Of a DNA stretch of 64,000 nt, positions 1 to 10,344 are shown piece after piece. Every line of letters begins with the position of its first letter. Within the stretch, counting starts at the first letter, position 1. Source of the DNA: Thermoplasmatota archaeon (GTDB lineage Archaea > Thermoplasmatota > Thermoplasmata > Thermoplasmatales > GCA-001856825); NCBI GenBank assembly GCA_023381415.1, contig JAMCUN010000004.1:26-64025 (forward strand), written 5' to 3'. The notes beneath the pieces were generated by a model. That model was not told the origin of the DNA and did not search any database. It worked only from the letters and a program-made list of their open reading frames with translations. The position numbers and the translations under genes are program-made.

Positions 1-74
1 GAATCCAAGATTGATGAGGAGGGCTAAGTCATAACAAGGTATCCGTAGGGGAACCTGCGGATGGATCACCTCCT
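1..74 (+). rRNA. rrs: 16S rRNA, 3' terminal fragment (h44 end, h45, anti-SD)
   Basis: AAGTCATAACAAGGTATCCGTAGGGGAACCTGCGGATGGATCACCTCCT matches the conserved archaeal 16S 3' end; no 23S follows. Confidence 0.96.
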
Positions 75-80
75 AAGCTT

Positions 81-114
81 GGAAGGATTCTCTTCCCATC
101 GTAATTCTTTTTTT
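81..114 (+). terminator. Putative hairpin plus T-run after 16S
   Basis: GGAAG-gattct-CTTCC (81-96) followed by T7 (108-114); could instead be part of the processing region. Confidence 0.4.
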
Positions 115-411
115 ATATTGAAGTGTGAAATTCAATGAGTCCTGAGCGAAACCGTAATTCTGGAGGAGGTTTGCAGAACATCTCTGATACTTTTCTCCGA
201 AGGAATGAAGGCTGGTGATGGATTATGTTGCATCAATCGATTTCATCAGAAGAGCAATTTCTGTTAGATCTATCCTTTAACATTCATCTATTGTGTCCCC
301 AGATGAAAATAGGAAGGAAGATGTTTATGGACAAAATGCTATTATCTCCTTATTTCATGAATCGGTCACGGTTGACGACAAAATATCCTATTTGAGAGGA
401 GGAGAAACACT

Positions 412-1293
412 ATGCGCAGAGTGGCAGTGGCTGTTTGCGTAAGTATAGTTATCATCGTTTCAGGGATCGCTGCATTTTTCTTCATCCCCTCCGGTGGTTA
501 CACCCCAGTACCGGATAGTAGCGGCATTGCAGCAATAGTGACAGGTGCTCTTCCTGACCCTCCTATGGATGCCTATTTTCCCCTTGGTTATGTAACTCCA
601 AGCATGTGGGGGTTGAAGTCGGCCGATGGTACAACCACCATGACCGTTTATAATAGCGGCTCAATAGATTTCACATCAGATCTATGGAATGTGAACGTCG
701 GCGGTTCGATCACAGGTTATCCTCACGTAGGCTTCAACCTGTCACCATATTTCCCTATGAGAATATCAGAGTTGACTTCTCTAACTGCCTATGCTTCATT
801 CGATATCTACGATATTTCACCTTTCATTCTATCTACTGATTTCTCATACGATTTCTATGTCCAATCCAGTCCAATACCGCGCGATGGCATACAGTATGAG
901 GTCATGATATGGGAGTTCTTCAGTTCCTCATATCCATTATCCAGGGTAATTGGATTGGTGAATATCCCTGCAACTATAAACGGGGAAGAAAGGGACGTAT
1001 CGTGGCTCATATCTGAAGCCAAATATAATGGACAGAACTACCCCACCGTAATATTTGCTCCAATGAACTTCAATTCGAGAGCCATGACATGGGAAATAAG
1101 CATACCTGAATTTATCGGTGCTATGCAGAAAGTTCTGAGGCAGAATCTTTCAGCAGACTATATTCCCGAGTTGAATTTAGGAAGCGAGTTCGGGACGGCA
1201 CTGTTTCCAAATGAGATATGCGACTGGACGCTGACTTACTGGTATGAAATAGGAAACAAGAAGTACGACATCCTAGGCAAAATAGGAGCGTAG
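412..1293 (+). CDS. Membrane-anchored glycoside hydrolase family 12 (endoglucanase-like)
   Basis: N-terminal hydrophobic anchor; GH12-type motifs GYP, YDFY, EVMIW (nucleophile Glu), GSEF (acid/base Glu). Confidence 0.75.
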   Translation: MRRVAVAVCVSIVIIVSGIAAFFFIPSGGYTPVPDSSGIAAIVTGALPDPPMDAYFPLGYVTPSMWGLKSADGTTTMTVYNSGSIDFTSDLWNVNVGGSITGYPHVGFNLSPYFPMRISELTSLTAYASFDIYDISPFILSTDFSYDFYVQSSPIPRDGIQYEVMIWEFFSSSYPLSRVIGLVNIPATINGEERDVSWLISEAKYNGQNYPTVIFAPMNFNSRAMTWEISIPEFIGAMQKVLRQNLSADYIPELNLGSEFGTALFPNEICDWTLTYWYEIGNKKYDILGKIGA

Positions 1294-1442
1294 CTTCTCT
1301 ATCTCCCCCGTAAAAACACCTTTTATACCTGATCCATTAACACAATCTCATTATGATGCAGACCAGTGAAAAGCGGGGATGATAAACAAGCGACCACCCA
1401 CTTGAAAGAACTTTTATTTGCTGCTGCAATCATGAAAACACG

Positions 1443-1979
1443 ATTAACCTCCAGAATATCCCACCGAATAAGCCTCCTAATTACAGGAGGAGCAGGGCCA
1501 GAATCTACATAGTAATTCTTGTTGTTCTGGTCACGGTGATAGCAGGGTTGGCTATAACTTATCACCAAACGGGGGCTCGTACGACCTATTCCATTGTACT
1601 CTGGCCAGCCGGTCTTTTCGTGATGGAGACAGGCAATGCCTCTGTCCCCTTAAGAGAAGAGGTGAATATTGGGCACATCTTCTACGTCTACAGCAACATG
1701 ACCGACATCCATATCCGAGGCTCATTTACTTCAAACCAGAGCGTAACCCTCTCAATTGGATATATTGGCGAAAACGTGACAGGCATGGGTCTTCCGACGA
1801 TAGAGAAACTCGATTATTCCAGTGGAAATACCACTGCCAGTAGCTTCTCAGTATCCATACCGTCAAATCCCAACGTGAAAGCGGAAGAGTCCTATACCAT
1901 CATATTCAGCGAGGCACATATAACCGCAACTGAAGTGAATGTAACATCAGCGATCGTGCTCAGCTACCAGATATCCTGA
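1443..1979 (+). CDS. Hypothetical membrane-anchored Ser/Thr-rich extracellular protein; start probably upstream of the GTG at 1536
   Basis: Frame open from 1386; encodes RRSRARIYIVILVVLVTVIAGLAITY across 1536; several N-X-S/T sequons; start position inferred. Confidence 0.6.
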   Translation: MNLQNIPPNKPPNYRRSRARIYIVILVVLVTVIAGLAITYHQTGARTTYSIVLWPAGLFVMETGNASVPLREEVNIGHIFYVYSNMTDIHIRGSFTSNQSVTLSIGYIGENVTGMGLPTIEKLDYSSGNTTASSFSVSIPSNPNVKAEESYTIIFSEAHITATEVNVTSAIVLSYQIS

Positions 1980-2196
1980 TGAGTTCTGGCATCTTCTTCC
2001 TTCAGTCCTTCCGTATCTTTCCAGATGAGCCAGTGGATTGGAGGGAATATATCATTGAAAGGATGCTATCCTAATTCCTGTGGCGAGGAAGAAGTAGGGT
2101 ATCAAGGGGTTGAGGTTCACCGGACATTGCAGGGGATTCATGATAATAAGTAAGAAAAGCATTTTAACGAAAGGACTATTAACAAAATGGTGCACT

Positions 2197-3216
2197 ATGC
2201 TAAAGGTTGGAATTAATGCCTATGGAACTATTGGAAAGCGAGTGGCAGACGCAATCACCAAGCAGGATGACATCCAGGTCGCTGGAGTTGTCAAGGCACA
2301 CCCTAACTACATGTCCTATGTTGCAAGCAAGAGATTCAAACTTTTTGTACCTGACAACAGTGCATTGAAGGCTTTTGAAAATTCAGGAATCAAGGTAGAG
2401 GGGACCTTGGAGAATCTAATGGATGATTCCGAACTGATTGTCGATTCCACTCCAGAGGGGCTGGGGGAGGAATATAAGAAGATTTATGAGAAGAGGAGGA
2501 AGAAGGCAATCTTCCAGGGGGGTGAGGAACATGAATTGACAAATCTTTCCTTCAACGCGTACGCGAATTATGAAGAAGCTTGGGGAAAGGATTTTGTAAG
2601 GGTAGTCTCCTGTAATACGACAGGTCTGATAAGAACGCTCAACCCTCTAACGGAGTTTGGGAAGATCAGAGTAAGGGCCAACCTTGTAAGGAGGGCAACA
2701 GATCCTGATGATTACAGCAAGGGTCCTATAAACTCAATCGTACCTGAGCTGAAGATTCCATCGCACCACGGTCCGGATGTCGCATCTGTGATAAAGGGAC
2801 TGGACATACAGACGATGGCGGTGAAGGTGCCAACAACACTCATGCATCTCCATTTCGTGAATGTCACATTTCCAAATGAAGTGAAGGCGGAAGAAATAAT
2901 CTCAAAATGGAAGGTATACAGGAGGATTGCCTTCGTGTCAGGAAAGGATGGTGTGAAGAGCACGTCCCAGTTGATGGATATTGGAAGGGAGACGGGAAGA
3001 GAAAGGTCTGACTTATTTGAGATAATGCTCTGGAAGGACTCTGTAAGCGTGAAAGGTAACGAACTGTTCTACTACCAGGCAGTCCACCAGGAGAGCGATG
3101 TCGTCCCGGAGAATATAGATGCAATAAGATCAATGTTCCAGCTGAAGGACAAGAAAGGTTCGATAGACAAAACTGATAAGACATTAAGGATTGGGGAGTT
3201 AGTTTATGGCAGATAA
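2197..3216 (+). CDS. gap: Glyceraldehyde-3-phosphate dehydrogenase, archaeal type II
   Basis: [12 protein letters not shown] Rossmann motif, VVSCNTT catalytic Cys, PSHHGPDV; ATG at 2197 preferred. Confidence 0.96.
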   Translation: MLKVGINAYGTIGKRVADAITKQDDIQVAGVVKAHPNYMSYVASKRFKLFVPDNSALKAFENSGIKVEGTLENLMDDSELIVDSTPEGLGEEYKKIYEKRRKKAIFQGGEEHELTNLSFNAYANYEEAWGKDFVRVVSCNTTGLIRTLNPLTEFGKIRVRANLVRRATDPDDYSKGPINSIVPELKIPSHHGPDVASVIKGLDIQTMAVKVPTTLMHLHFVNVTFPNEVKAEEIISKWKVYRRIAFVSGKDGVKSTSQLMDIGRETGRERSDLFEIMLWKDSVSVKGNELFYYQAVHQESDVVPENIDAIRSMFQLKDKKGSIDKTDKTLRIGELVYGR

Positions 3217-4168
3217 AGTGAAGAAAGTAAAGGAAATTGAGGATCTTGCAGGCGTTGGAGAATCTATAGCCGAAAAACTGAGGGAATCAGGGTACAACGA
3301 TGTGATGAGCCTTGCAGTGGCCTCGCCAAGGGACGTCGCTGACGCAACAGACATAGGGGAGAATATTGCGGCAAAGATCATAATGTCGGCTAGGAAGGCT
3401 GCAGACATAGGTAATTTTGAGTCTGGCGATGTTCTTCTCGAGAAGAGGAAGGAAATTAAGAAACTCACTACCGGCTCCAAATCACTTGATGACCTCCTCG
3501 GTGGCGGGCTAGAAACAGCCGCTATTACCGAATTTTTCGGCGAATACGCTTCAGGTAAGACTCAGATAATGCATCAACTTGCAGTCAACGCAACCCTTCC
3601 CCTGGAGAAGAATGGTCTAGCAGGAGAGGTGTTGTTCATAGATACAGAAAATACATTCAGGCCGGAGAGGATAGTGCAAATGGCCAAGCACATTGAGCTT
3701 GATCCAGTTGAAGTCCTGAAGAAGATCCATGTGGCAAGGGCCTATAATTCAAGCCACCAGATACTCCTTGTTGAAAAAGCATATGAGCTCACAGGGAAGT
3801 ATCCGGTAAGGCTACTGATCGTCGACTCCCTGACGGCACACTTCAGGGCGGAATATACCGGAAGGGGTACCCTTGCTGAGAGGCAGCAGCTCCTGAACAA
3901 GCACCTCCACGACCTCCTTAGGTTCGGAGATATATATAATTCTGCTGTAGCAGTCACGAATCAGGTAGCTGCAAGACCAGATGTTTTTTTCGGGGACCCA
4001 ACGCAGTCAGTAGGAGGAAACATAGTCGGTCACGCAAGCACGTACCGTGTTTACCTGAGAAAGTCCAAGGGCGGGAAGAGAATTGCAAGGTTGATAGATT
4101 CGCCACACCTACCGGAAGGTGAGGCGGTGATAATGGTCTCGGAGAACGGTATTTCAGACAGCTCCTAG
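3206..4168 (+). CDS. radA: DNA repair and recombination protein RadA
   Basis: N-terminal HhH, Walker [19 protein letters not shown]; no intein. Confidence 0.98.
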   Translation: MADKVKKVKEIEDLAGVGESIAEKLRESGYNDVMSLAVASPRDVADATDIGENIAAKIIMSARKAADIGNFESGDVLLEKRKEIKKLTTGSKSLDDLLGGGLETAAITEFFGEYASGKTQIMHQLAVNATLPLEKNGLAGEVLFIDTENTFRPERIVQMAKHIELDPVEVLKKIHVARAYNSSHQILLVEKAYELTGKYPVRLLIVDSLTAHFRAEYTGRGTLAERQQLLNKHLHDLLRFGDIYNSAVAVTNQVAARPDVFFGDPTQSVGGNIVGHASTYRVYLRKSKGGKRIARLIDSPHLPEGEAVIMVSENGISDSS

Positions 4169-4755
4169 TCCTGAATACTTACAAACGCCACATCACCCAG
4201 GTATTCCTTCTTTCCACCCTTGTATCCGATCAACCTTTGTGGTGGGAAAGAACCGAGCGGGAAGATGATCCTACCTCCAGACTTAGCCATCTCCTTCAAG
4301 AAGAGCGGTTCAGTCCTGAAGCTTGCTGTCGAGATTATTATGTCAAACCTTGTTTTGAAGCATATCCTGTTGATGTTCCCTACTATGAAATCTATGTTAT
4401 CCCTCCCTAAACTAGAAACGTTCTTTGATGCCCATTTGGAAAGGCTGGCAATGCGTTCCACTGAAACAACCCTCCTCACGAGGAATGATAGAATAGCCGA
4501 GAGATAACCACTGCCAGTTCCTACCTCAAGAGCAGTTTCATTCTCAGCGGGTTCCACATAATCGACGAAGATACCATCGATGTGAGGTGCGGATTGCGTC
4601 TGACCGAAGGGTATGGGGATAGGCTCATCCCTATCTGCAAGCTTTCCGTACCCCTCAGGAATGAAATCCGATCTGTCCACCCTGTTGAAAACATCAGCAT
4701 ACCTTTGTCTTCTAAGCAAACCCTCTTCCCTGAGAGAATCCCCCCACTTCTTCAA
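4165..4755 (-). CDS. pcm: Protein-L-isoaspartate O-methyltransferase
   Basis: [12 protein letters not shown] and LEVGTGSGY motifs. Confidence 0.9.
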   Translation of the reverse strand: MKKWGDSLREEGLLRRQRYADVFNRVDRSDFIPEGYGKLADRDEPIPIPFGQTQSAPHIDGIFVDYVEPAENETALEVGTGSGYLSAILSFLVRRVVSVERIASLSKWASKNVSSLGRDNIDFIVGNINRICFKTRFDIIISTASFRTEPLFLKEMAKSGGRIIFPLGSFPPQRLIGYKGGKKEYLGDVAFVSIQD

Positions 4756-6077
4756 AATTTCACCAAGAAAGATGATAAGTCACGCGTATCTACAACCGTA
4801 CCTATTGCAGGTTTCGGGTTGAAATTCATCATCTTCTGGTAGTTTGTCTGTTCCTGAAAAGTGGAGGCATTGATTGCAAGTATGCCTTTGTGTGTTGTTA
4901 CAGAATGGGAGTGCACATGCCCGGTGATCAGGACGTCAGGAACAGGGTCTATGACGTAGTAGTCAGATTTCAAAGGTATGAATGAAAGGTTCTTTCCGTA
5001 CTCAGGAGCGAGGTGGCCCCTCTTGAGCATTTCAATCATGATCTTGTCTGTGTCGTTCATCGTTGTTCCAGGAATAGCCTCAAGGAAATCGAAGATTGAA
5101 GTTCCATGGTAAAGGAGGAATATCCTACCCCCGATCTCAACCCACACAGGATTCGATAGGGACATAACGTTTGATGGAAACATCGAATTTATCTCCCTAG
5201 GGAGGGGATTCTGAGGCTCTGTAGGGTATACTATATCGTGATTCCCAGGTATGATTATCACCCTCACGTTGCTGTTGAACCTGGATGTTAGATCTGCTAG
5301 TTTCCTGTACTGTAGGTTTATGTCGTTTATTGCGAGGTCGCTTTCCTGGTCGGGGTACACACCAATTCCGTCCACCAGGTCACCGTTCATTATTACAAAG
5401 GATATGCCCTGGGTATTGACATAATCAACCATCGACAGGAAGCTGTCCTCTAAGAAGTTCTTGGAACCCACGTGGATATCCGATACGACCATCACCTTCA
5501 CACTTGTTCCGCTGAGACCGGGTTCTTTTGAAGCCTCTGGCCTGTAAATGTTCTCAGCAAAAATTGCAGTTCCATCCTTGCTAAACTGGCCTGCTACTCC
5601 TATGACCTCATCCTTTATTATAGTCTCCTTGTAAGTCTTCGGCAGTATTACCTTTATCGAACTGGTCTCATCCTCTATCTCAAGTATGCCATACCCCTTC
5701 TTTGATTCGCTGTAGTCAGAGACCATACCAGACGCGAAAACCTGCCCACTGTCTCTTCTCAGCTTTGAAACAGGAGTGAAGAAGTGATTCTTGCTCCTCT
5801 CGTTGAGTCTTGAGTGTAGTATATTATACCTGCTCTTGAACAGGTCTATGAAATTATCGCTTATCCCTGGAAAGCCGTCCAGGTGGAACTCCTTGACTAT
5901 TGAGAACTCATTTACAGATGGAAGGTCTGAAACTGCAAATACCCGTGAACTGAAGTTTATCCTATTCTCGTTCTTCCTGATGTAATCCAGTCCGCCCCTC
6001 CTTTCTATCTCCTCTATCGCCTTTCCCTCTATGAGACATCCCCGCTCCAGAAAAAATTTCTCGATGTCTTCATTCAT
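4752..6077 (-). CDS. polB: DNA polymerase D small (proofreading) subunit DP1
   Basis: OB fold plus calcineurin-like motifs SDIHVGS, GDLVDG, PGNHD, YHG, GHVH. Confidence 0.95.
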   Translation of the reverse strand: MNEDIEKFFLERGCLIEGKAIEEIERRGGLDYIRKNENRINFSSRVFAVSDLPSVNEFSIVKEFHLDGFPGISDNFIDLFKSRYNILHSRLNERSKNHFFTPVSKLRRDSGQVFASGMVSDYSESKKGYGILEIEDETSSIKVILPKTYKETIIKDEVIGVAGQFSKDGTAIFAENIYRPEASKEPGLSGTSVKVMVVSDIHVGSKNFLEDSFLSMVDYVNTQGISFVIMNGDLVDGIGVYPDQESDLAINDINLQYRKLADLTSRFNSNVRVIIIPGNHDIVYPTEPQNPLPREINSMFPSNVMSLSNPVWVEIGGRIFLLYHGTSIFDFLEAIPGTTMNDTDKIMIEMLKRGHLAPEYGKNLSFIPLKSDYYVIDPVPDVLITGHVHSHSVTTHKGILAINASTFQEQTNYQKMMNFNPKPAIGTVVDTRDLSSFLVKF

Positions 6078-6222
6078 TGATGCGAGAATGATTTTCCACT
6101 AAAAACATTTCCTCACAACGGCAATGCCGGGGACGAAGAAGAGTTCGCCTCAGTGGTCTCACGGACAAGGATACAGCCAGGTATGTGAGTAAAAGTCTTA
6201 TAACACCAGAATCTGATAAGGC

Positions 6223-6765
6223 GTGGACCAGAACTCGCTCTTCAACAAGGACACGAGGATACTCGCTATAGACGACTCACCGTTCTCAAGGGACGATGAA
6301 TCTACAAGCATAGTAGGAGTGATAATGAGGAAAGACCTTTACTTGGAGACTCTGGTAAGGAAGGAGATTGCTGTAGATGGGATGGATTCCACTGAAAAAG
6401 TGCTTGAAGCAATCAAGGAAAGGGGGAGCGGGGTAGGGGTGATGATGACCCAGGGTGTGACCCTAGGGGGGTTCAACATACTCGACCTCGCCAGGATATA
6501 TGAGGAGACAAAGATTCCGATCATAAACGTTGTCGATCACGAACCGGACATGAAGGCGATAGAGGATGCACTCAGGAAGCACTTCAAGGACTGGAAGTCC
6601 AGGTATTCAGCACTATCTGGTAATTTTTTCAAGTCTGGCTCCATTTACGTTCAGGCGATCGGGATGGAAAACAAGAGTGCGTGCAGATTCCTGGAACAGG
6701 TTACGATCAACGGCAAGATCCCAGAACCACTCAGGATAGCGAACCTTATCGCGGGTATTCTCTAG
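6223..6765 (+). CDS. DUF99/UPF0215 endonuclease V-like protein
   Basis: LAIDDSPF, VDGMDST, GGFNILD, PEPLRIA motifs. Confidence 0.85.
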   Translation: MDQNSLFNKDTRILAIDDSPFSRDDESTSIVGVIMRKDLYLETLVRKEIAVDGMDSTEKVLEAIKERGSGVGVMMTQGVTLGGFNILDLARIYEETKIPIINVVDHEPDMKAIEDALRKHFKDWKSRYSALSGNFFKSGSIYVQAIGMENKSACRFLEQVTINGKIPEPLRIANLIAGIL

Positions 6766-6766
6766 A

Positions 6767-7318
6767 TTAGACAGAATCCAGTTTTGCAAGTCTGATATCC
6801 TTCCTTCTCCTTTCCAGATACTTGTAAACGGTACTGTGCTGGTTCCCCCTAAGGATCATAAGCACACTTTCCCTCGATATCTGGTTCTGCACATAATCGC
6901 CTATGAGGGATGCAGTGTTTCCGTAGATGGATACGTAGGATTCAGACAGTTCCTCGATGAGGCGTCTCGTCTTCCCCCCTGTTCCAATCAACCTGGCCCT
7001 CACTGTCTTTGCCCGCTTCGAGTTCTTCCCTGTGAAGTCCTTGAGATCTATGACTTCAAGATAAGTCCCTGGATCGAAAAGCCTGAATGCCCTCTGAGGG
7101 GAGAAACCTCGTCCTATAGCCCTTATAACATCTCTAGTCCTCAGCGCCATTTCTGGATCATTGGACTTGCTGTCGTCAATCGTCACGTCGCCCGTAGAGG
7201 AGTCTATAGTAAGAGCCATGAGAGACCTCTTCTCAATCTCTGCCCTTGTCTCCCCGTTCTTGCCGACCAGAACACCTATCCTTTCCTGCGGAATTCTAAC
7301 GGAAAACGTTTGACTCAC
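6767..7318 (-). CDS. KH-domain pre-rRNA processing protein (Dim2/Pno1/Krr1 family)
   Basis: Two GxxG KH motifs, AIGRGFSP; in rio1 operon. Confidence 0.92.
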   Translation of the reverse strand: MSQTFSVRIPQERIGVLVGKNGETRAEIEKRSLMALTIDSSTGDVTIDDSKSNDPEMALRTRDVIRAIGRGFSPQRAFRLFDPGTYLEVIDLKDFTGKNSKRAKTVRARLIGTGGKTRRLIEELSESYVSIYGNTASLIGDYVQNQISRESVLMILRGNQHSTVYKYLERRRKDIRLAKLDSV

Positions 7319-8045
7319 CCCTGATATAACTCAGTACCTTATCCTTATCTAGTTTATATTCAAATTTGTTAAAAAATCTTGTCATTATGCCAATATCCCT
7401 TTCTATAAGCACCCTGGCCATGGCATCATCAGTTTCCACTGCCTGGGCTATATCTATCATGTATGGCTTCTTCCTGTGAACAAGGAAGTTGTACTCACTC
7501 AGGTCGCCATGTACCAGGCCCGCTTTTGTGTACAGCATCCTTACAGATTTCAGGGTATCAGCTACTATCTCTCTTGTGATAATGCAATCCTTCATGAGCG
7601 GAGCTGGTTTCCTTTTTGTCCCTATGTATTGCATTACAAGAACGTTCCCAACAACTTTCACAGGTACGGGGGCAATGACTCCTGCACCAACGGCCTCACT
7701 CAGGTTTCTGAACTCTCTGTGGGCCCATTGCATGATGAATTTTCTCTTGTTCCTCGTGTTGTCTATACCCCAGCGCTGACCTGCGTACCTCTCTATATTC
7801 TTGAAAGTTGAGGCGACTGTTTTGTAAATCTTCACAGCAAAGAACTTGTTGTTCTTGGAAGCGGCAAATACCAGACTCTCCTTCCCTGACGCTATAGGGA
7901 ACTCAAACCTTCCAATTGTATTGTCAGTAAAAAGCTTGTATATGTTGAGGATGGTGAATCTATCAAATACATATCCAAAGACCTTCTGCGTCTCCTTCAG
8001 ACGTTCTTCTATCTTCTCCTTTCCCTCATAATCACTTGAAAACAT
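7296..8045 (-). CDS. rio1: RIO1-type serine kinase/ATPase
   Basis: SGKESLVF, AVKIY, HGDLSEYN, IDIAQAV. Confidence 0.93.
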   Translation of the reverse strand: MFSSDYEGKEKIEERLKETQKVFGYVFDRFTILNIYKLFTDNTIGRFEFPIASGKESLVFAASKNNKFFAVKIYKTVASTFKNIERYAGQRWGIDNTRNKRKFIMQWAHREFRNLSEAVGAGVIAPVPVKVVGNVLVMQYIGTKRKPAPLMKDCIITREIVADTLKSVRMLYTKAGLVHGDLSEYNFLVHRKKPYMIDIAQAVETDDAMARVLIERDIGIMTRFFNKFEYKLDKDKVLSYIRGESNVFR

Positions 8046-8358
8046 CCAAGATCTCCGGCAGAATCTGATTCCTGGAAAGGTAAGTTGCCTGTGTTTTAGT
8101 GTATCTGAAGTTCACATCTGCTCTCTCATCCTGGAAACTCCATGGTTTGACTATCACCAGATCTCCTTCCCTCATCCACATCCTTTTCCTAATCTTCCCC
8201 GGTATCCTTCCAGTTCTCGTCTTGCCGTCTGCGCACATCACCGTGAGTCTAGAGCTTCCGAGCAGTTTCTCGACTATGCCAAACATCTCTCCCTTGTTGG
8301 GATTCGGTAGAATCACCCTCGAAATCTCTTCTGCGTTATCGTTATCTGCGTTAGCCAC
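8032..8358 (-). CDS. eif1a: Translation initiation factor aIF-1A
   Basis: RIPGKIRKRMWMREGDLVIV; conserved aIF1A-rio1-KH operon. Confidence 0.96.
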   Translation of the reverse strand: MANADNDNAEEISRVILPNPNKGEMFGIVEKLLGSSRLTVMCADGKTRTGRIPGKIRKRMWMREGDLVIVKPWSFQDERADVNFRYTKTQATYLSRNQILPEILDVFK

Positions 8359-8513
8359 TTGCTACATAATAGGAAGAATTTATAAAAATCTTTTGAAATT
8401 ATTCTTTCGGCCTCGCTTCAAACGTTGTTATGGATATCCGTAATGATTTCTGCAACTGCTTATGACGGATGCTACGTGTCATTAAAATATCTAATAATGT
8501 TACTCCGACAGGC

Positions 8514-10055
8514 ATGTCCACGTCCCTTGAGGAATATGTGCGTAAGTCAATGGAGACAATAAGCAACAGAGATCAGCTAGAGAAGATGAGACTAGAGGTA
8601 TCCAAGAAGTTCAAGCTTTCAAGGGTGGTTAGCAATACGGACATTCTGCTAATGCTAAGGAATGAAGAGAGGCAGAGATATTCTGAGCTTCTCACGAGGA
8701 AACCAACGAGGACAATGTCCGGAGTTTCTGTCATAGCCGTCATGACGTCCCCGTTTTCCTGTCCTCACGGCAGATGCACGTACTGTCCTGGCGGAGTGGA
8801 CTTCTCTTCACCGCAATCTTACACTGGGTTTGAGCCGGCTGCGATGAGGGGCAGACAAAACAACTACGATTCATACCTGCAGACAAAGAACAGACTGGAA
8901 CAGCTGAAGAGGATAGGCCATCCGACTGACAAGATCGACCTGATAGTCATGGGAGGAACTTTCACGGCAAGGAATGAGGATTATCAGAGGGCGTTTGTGA
9001 AGGGAAGCATCGATGCAATGAACGGTTTTGTCTCCAGAGATCTTAGAACTTCAATCCTGGAGAACGAAAGCGCGAAGAATAGGTGTATAGGGTTGACAGT
9101 TGAGACTAGACCAGACTGGTTCTTCGAGAAGGAGCTAGATCTTGCACTGGATTACGGGACGACGAAAGTGGAATTGGGTGTGCAGACAGTGTTCAACGAC
9201 ATCCACCGGGATACAAGGAGAGCTCACAGGATTTCTGACGTGATAAGATCAACTAGAACAGCAAAGGATGCTGCCTTCAAGATACTATATCACCTTATGC
9301 CAGGAATAGGTGGAATTGACGAAGCAGCGGACGTAAAGTCCCTGAGAAGATTGTTCGATGATGAGAGACTGAGGCCAGACATGCTGAAGATATACCCTGC
9401 ACTTGTAGTGGAGGGAACGCAGTACTATGAAGCATTCAAGAGGGGGGAGTACAGGTCATACGAGAGCGATGAAGCTGTCGAAGTCGTTTCGGAATACTTC
9501 AAGCATATTCCAAACTACGTAAGGATACACAGGATACAGAGGGACATACCCGTGTACAAGATAGTTCAGGGGGTAAAGAGAAGCGACCTGCACGACCTGG
9601 CACTTAAGAGGGCGCTCGAAAAGGGGTACGATATCAAGGAGATAAGGTACAGGGAGATCGGGCATTCACACAAGGTAACAGGGAAGATAGAGATGAAGAT
9701 AACCAACTACTTCGCTTCAAGAGGGACGGAGAAGTTCCTGGAGTTCGTCGATGAGGAGGACAAGATCATTGCTTTCCTCAGGCTGAGAATACCTGGGGAG
9801 AATGGAGGAAGGAACGAGCTGATGGGAAGGAGCCTGGTAAGGGAGATCAAAACATTCGGAAAGGAGGCAAGAATAGATGAGGAGGGAGAGTTCCAGCACC
9901 AGGGATACGGCAGAAGGCTTCTGCGGGAAGCGGAAGATATAACGAGGGAAATGGGTCTCCCTGGGATTGCAGTAATCTCAGGAATAGGGGTCAGGGAATA
10001 TTTCAGAAAGAACGGATACGAGAGGCTCGGTCCCTATATGTCAAAGAATACGTAA
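8514..10055 (+). CDS. elp3: Elp3 tRNA wobble-uridine carboxymethyl synthase (radical SAM + GNAT)
   Basis: CPHGRCTYC, ETRPD, KIYP, QHQGYG acetyl-CoA motif. Confidence 0.96.
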   Translation: MSTSLEEYVRKSMETISNRDQLEKMRLEVSKKFKLSRVVSNTDILLMLRNEERQRYSELLTRKPTRTMSGVSVIAVMTSPFSCPHGRCTYCPGGVDFSSPQSYTGFEPAAMRGRQNNYDSYLQTKNRLEQLKRIGHPTDKIDLIVMGGTFTARNEDYQRAFVKGSIDAMNGFVSRDLRTSILENESAKNRCIGLTVETRPDWFFEKELDLALDYGTTKVELGVQTVFNDIHRDTRRAHRISDVIRSTRTAKDAAFKILYHLMPGIGGIDEAADVKSLRRLFDDERLRPDMLKIYPALVVEGTQYYEAFKRGEYRSYESDEAVEVVSEYFKHIPNYVRIHRIQRDIPVYKIVQGVKRSDLHDLALKRALEKGYDIKEIRYREIGHSHKVTGKIEMKITNYFASRGTEKFLEFVDEEDKIIAFLRLRIPGENGGRNELMGRSLVREIKTFGKEARIDEEGEFQHQGYGRRLLREAEDITREMGLPGIAVISGIGVREYFRKNGYERLGPYMSKNT

Positions 10056-10064
10056 CTAATTTTA

Positions 10065-10340
10065 ATGACCATACCTTCTACATTCATGTCAACTCTGATA
10101 TTGCTTGCAGTAATAGTGTTGCTTCTGTCTCTTCTGTTCCTTGCCCTGTCAATCGCAATGATAATGAGGAAATACACACTGCGAGGAACAATAACATCAA
10201 TATTCTTCTTGATTCTTTCCGTAAAGTATCTTATATTCATTTACTATGAATTCATCGGGGTCCAGGTCAACATGGTGCTGTTTGTCGGATCAGACATCGT
10301 CATGATATTTTCCCTGCTCGCACTGATGCTGTCAAGGTGA
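10065..10340 (+). CDS. Small 3-TM membrane protein; contains the left copy of the 31-bp inverted repeat
   Basis: Three hydrophobic segments; 4 nt upstream of the wHTH gene. Confidence 0.75.
   Translation: MTIPSTFMSTLILLAVIVLLLSLLFLALSIAMIMRKYTLRGTITSIFFLILSVKYLIFIYYEFIGVQVNMVLFVGSDIVMIFSLLALMLSR
10216..10246 (+). repeat. Left copy of 31-bp inverted repeat
   Basis: TTTCCGTAAAGTATCTTATATTCATTTACTA; 30/31 identical to the reverse complement of 10865-10895. Confidence 0.95.
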
Positions 10341-10344
10341 AGCA

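Noticed and set aside
6078-6222. Possible structured RNA between DP1 and DUF99 (CTCACA/TGTGAG and CGGC/GCCG stems)
   Set aside because: Stems are short enough to be chance, and the region is explained by divergent promoters
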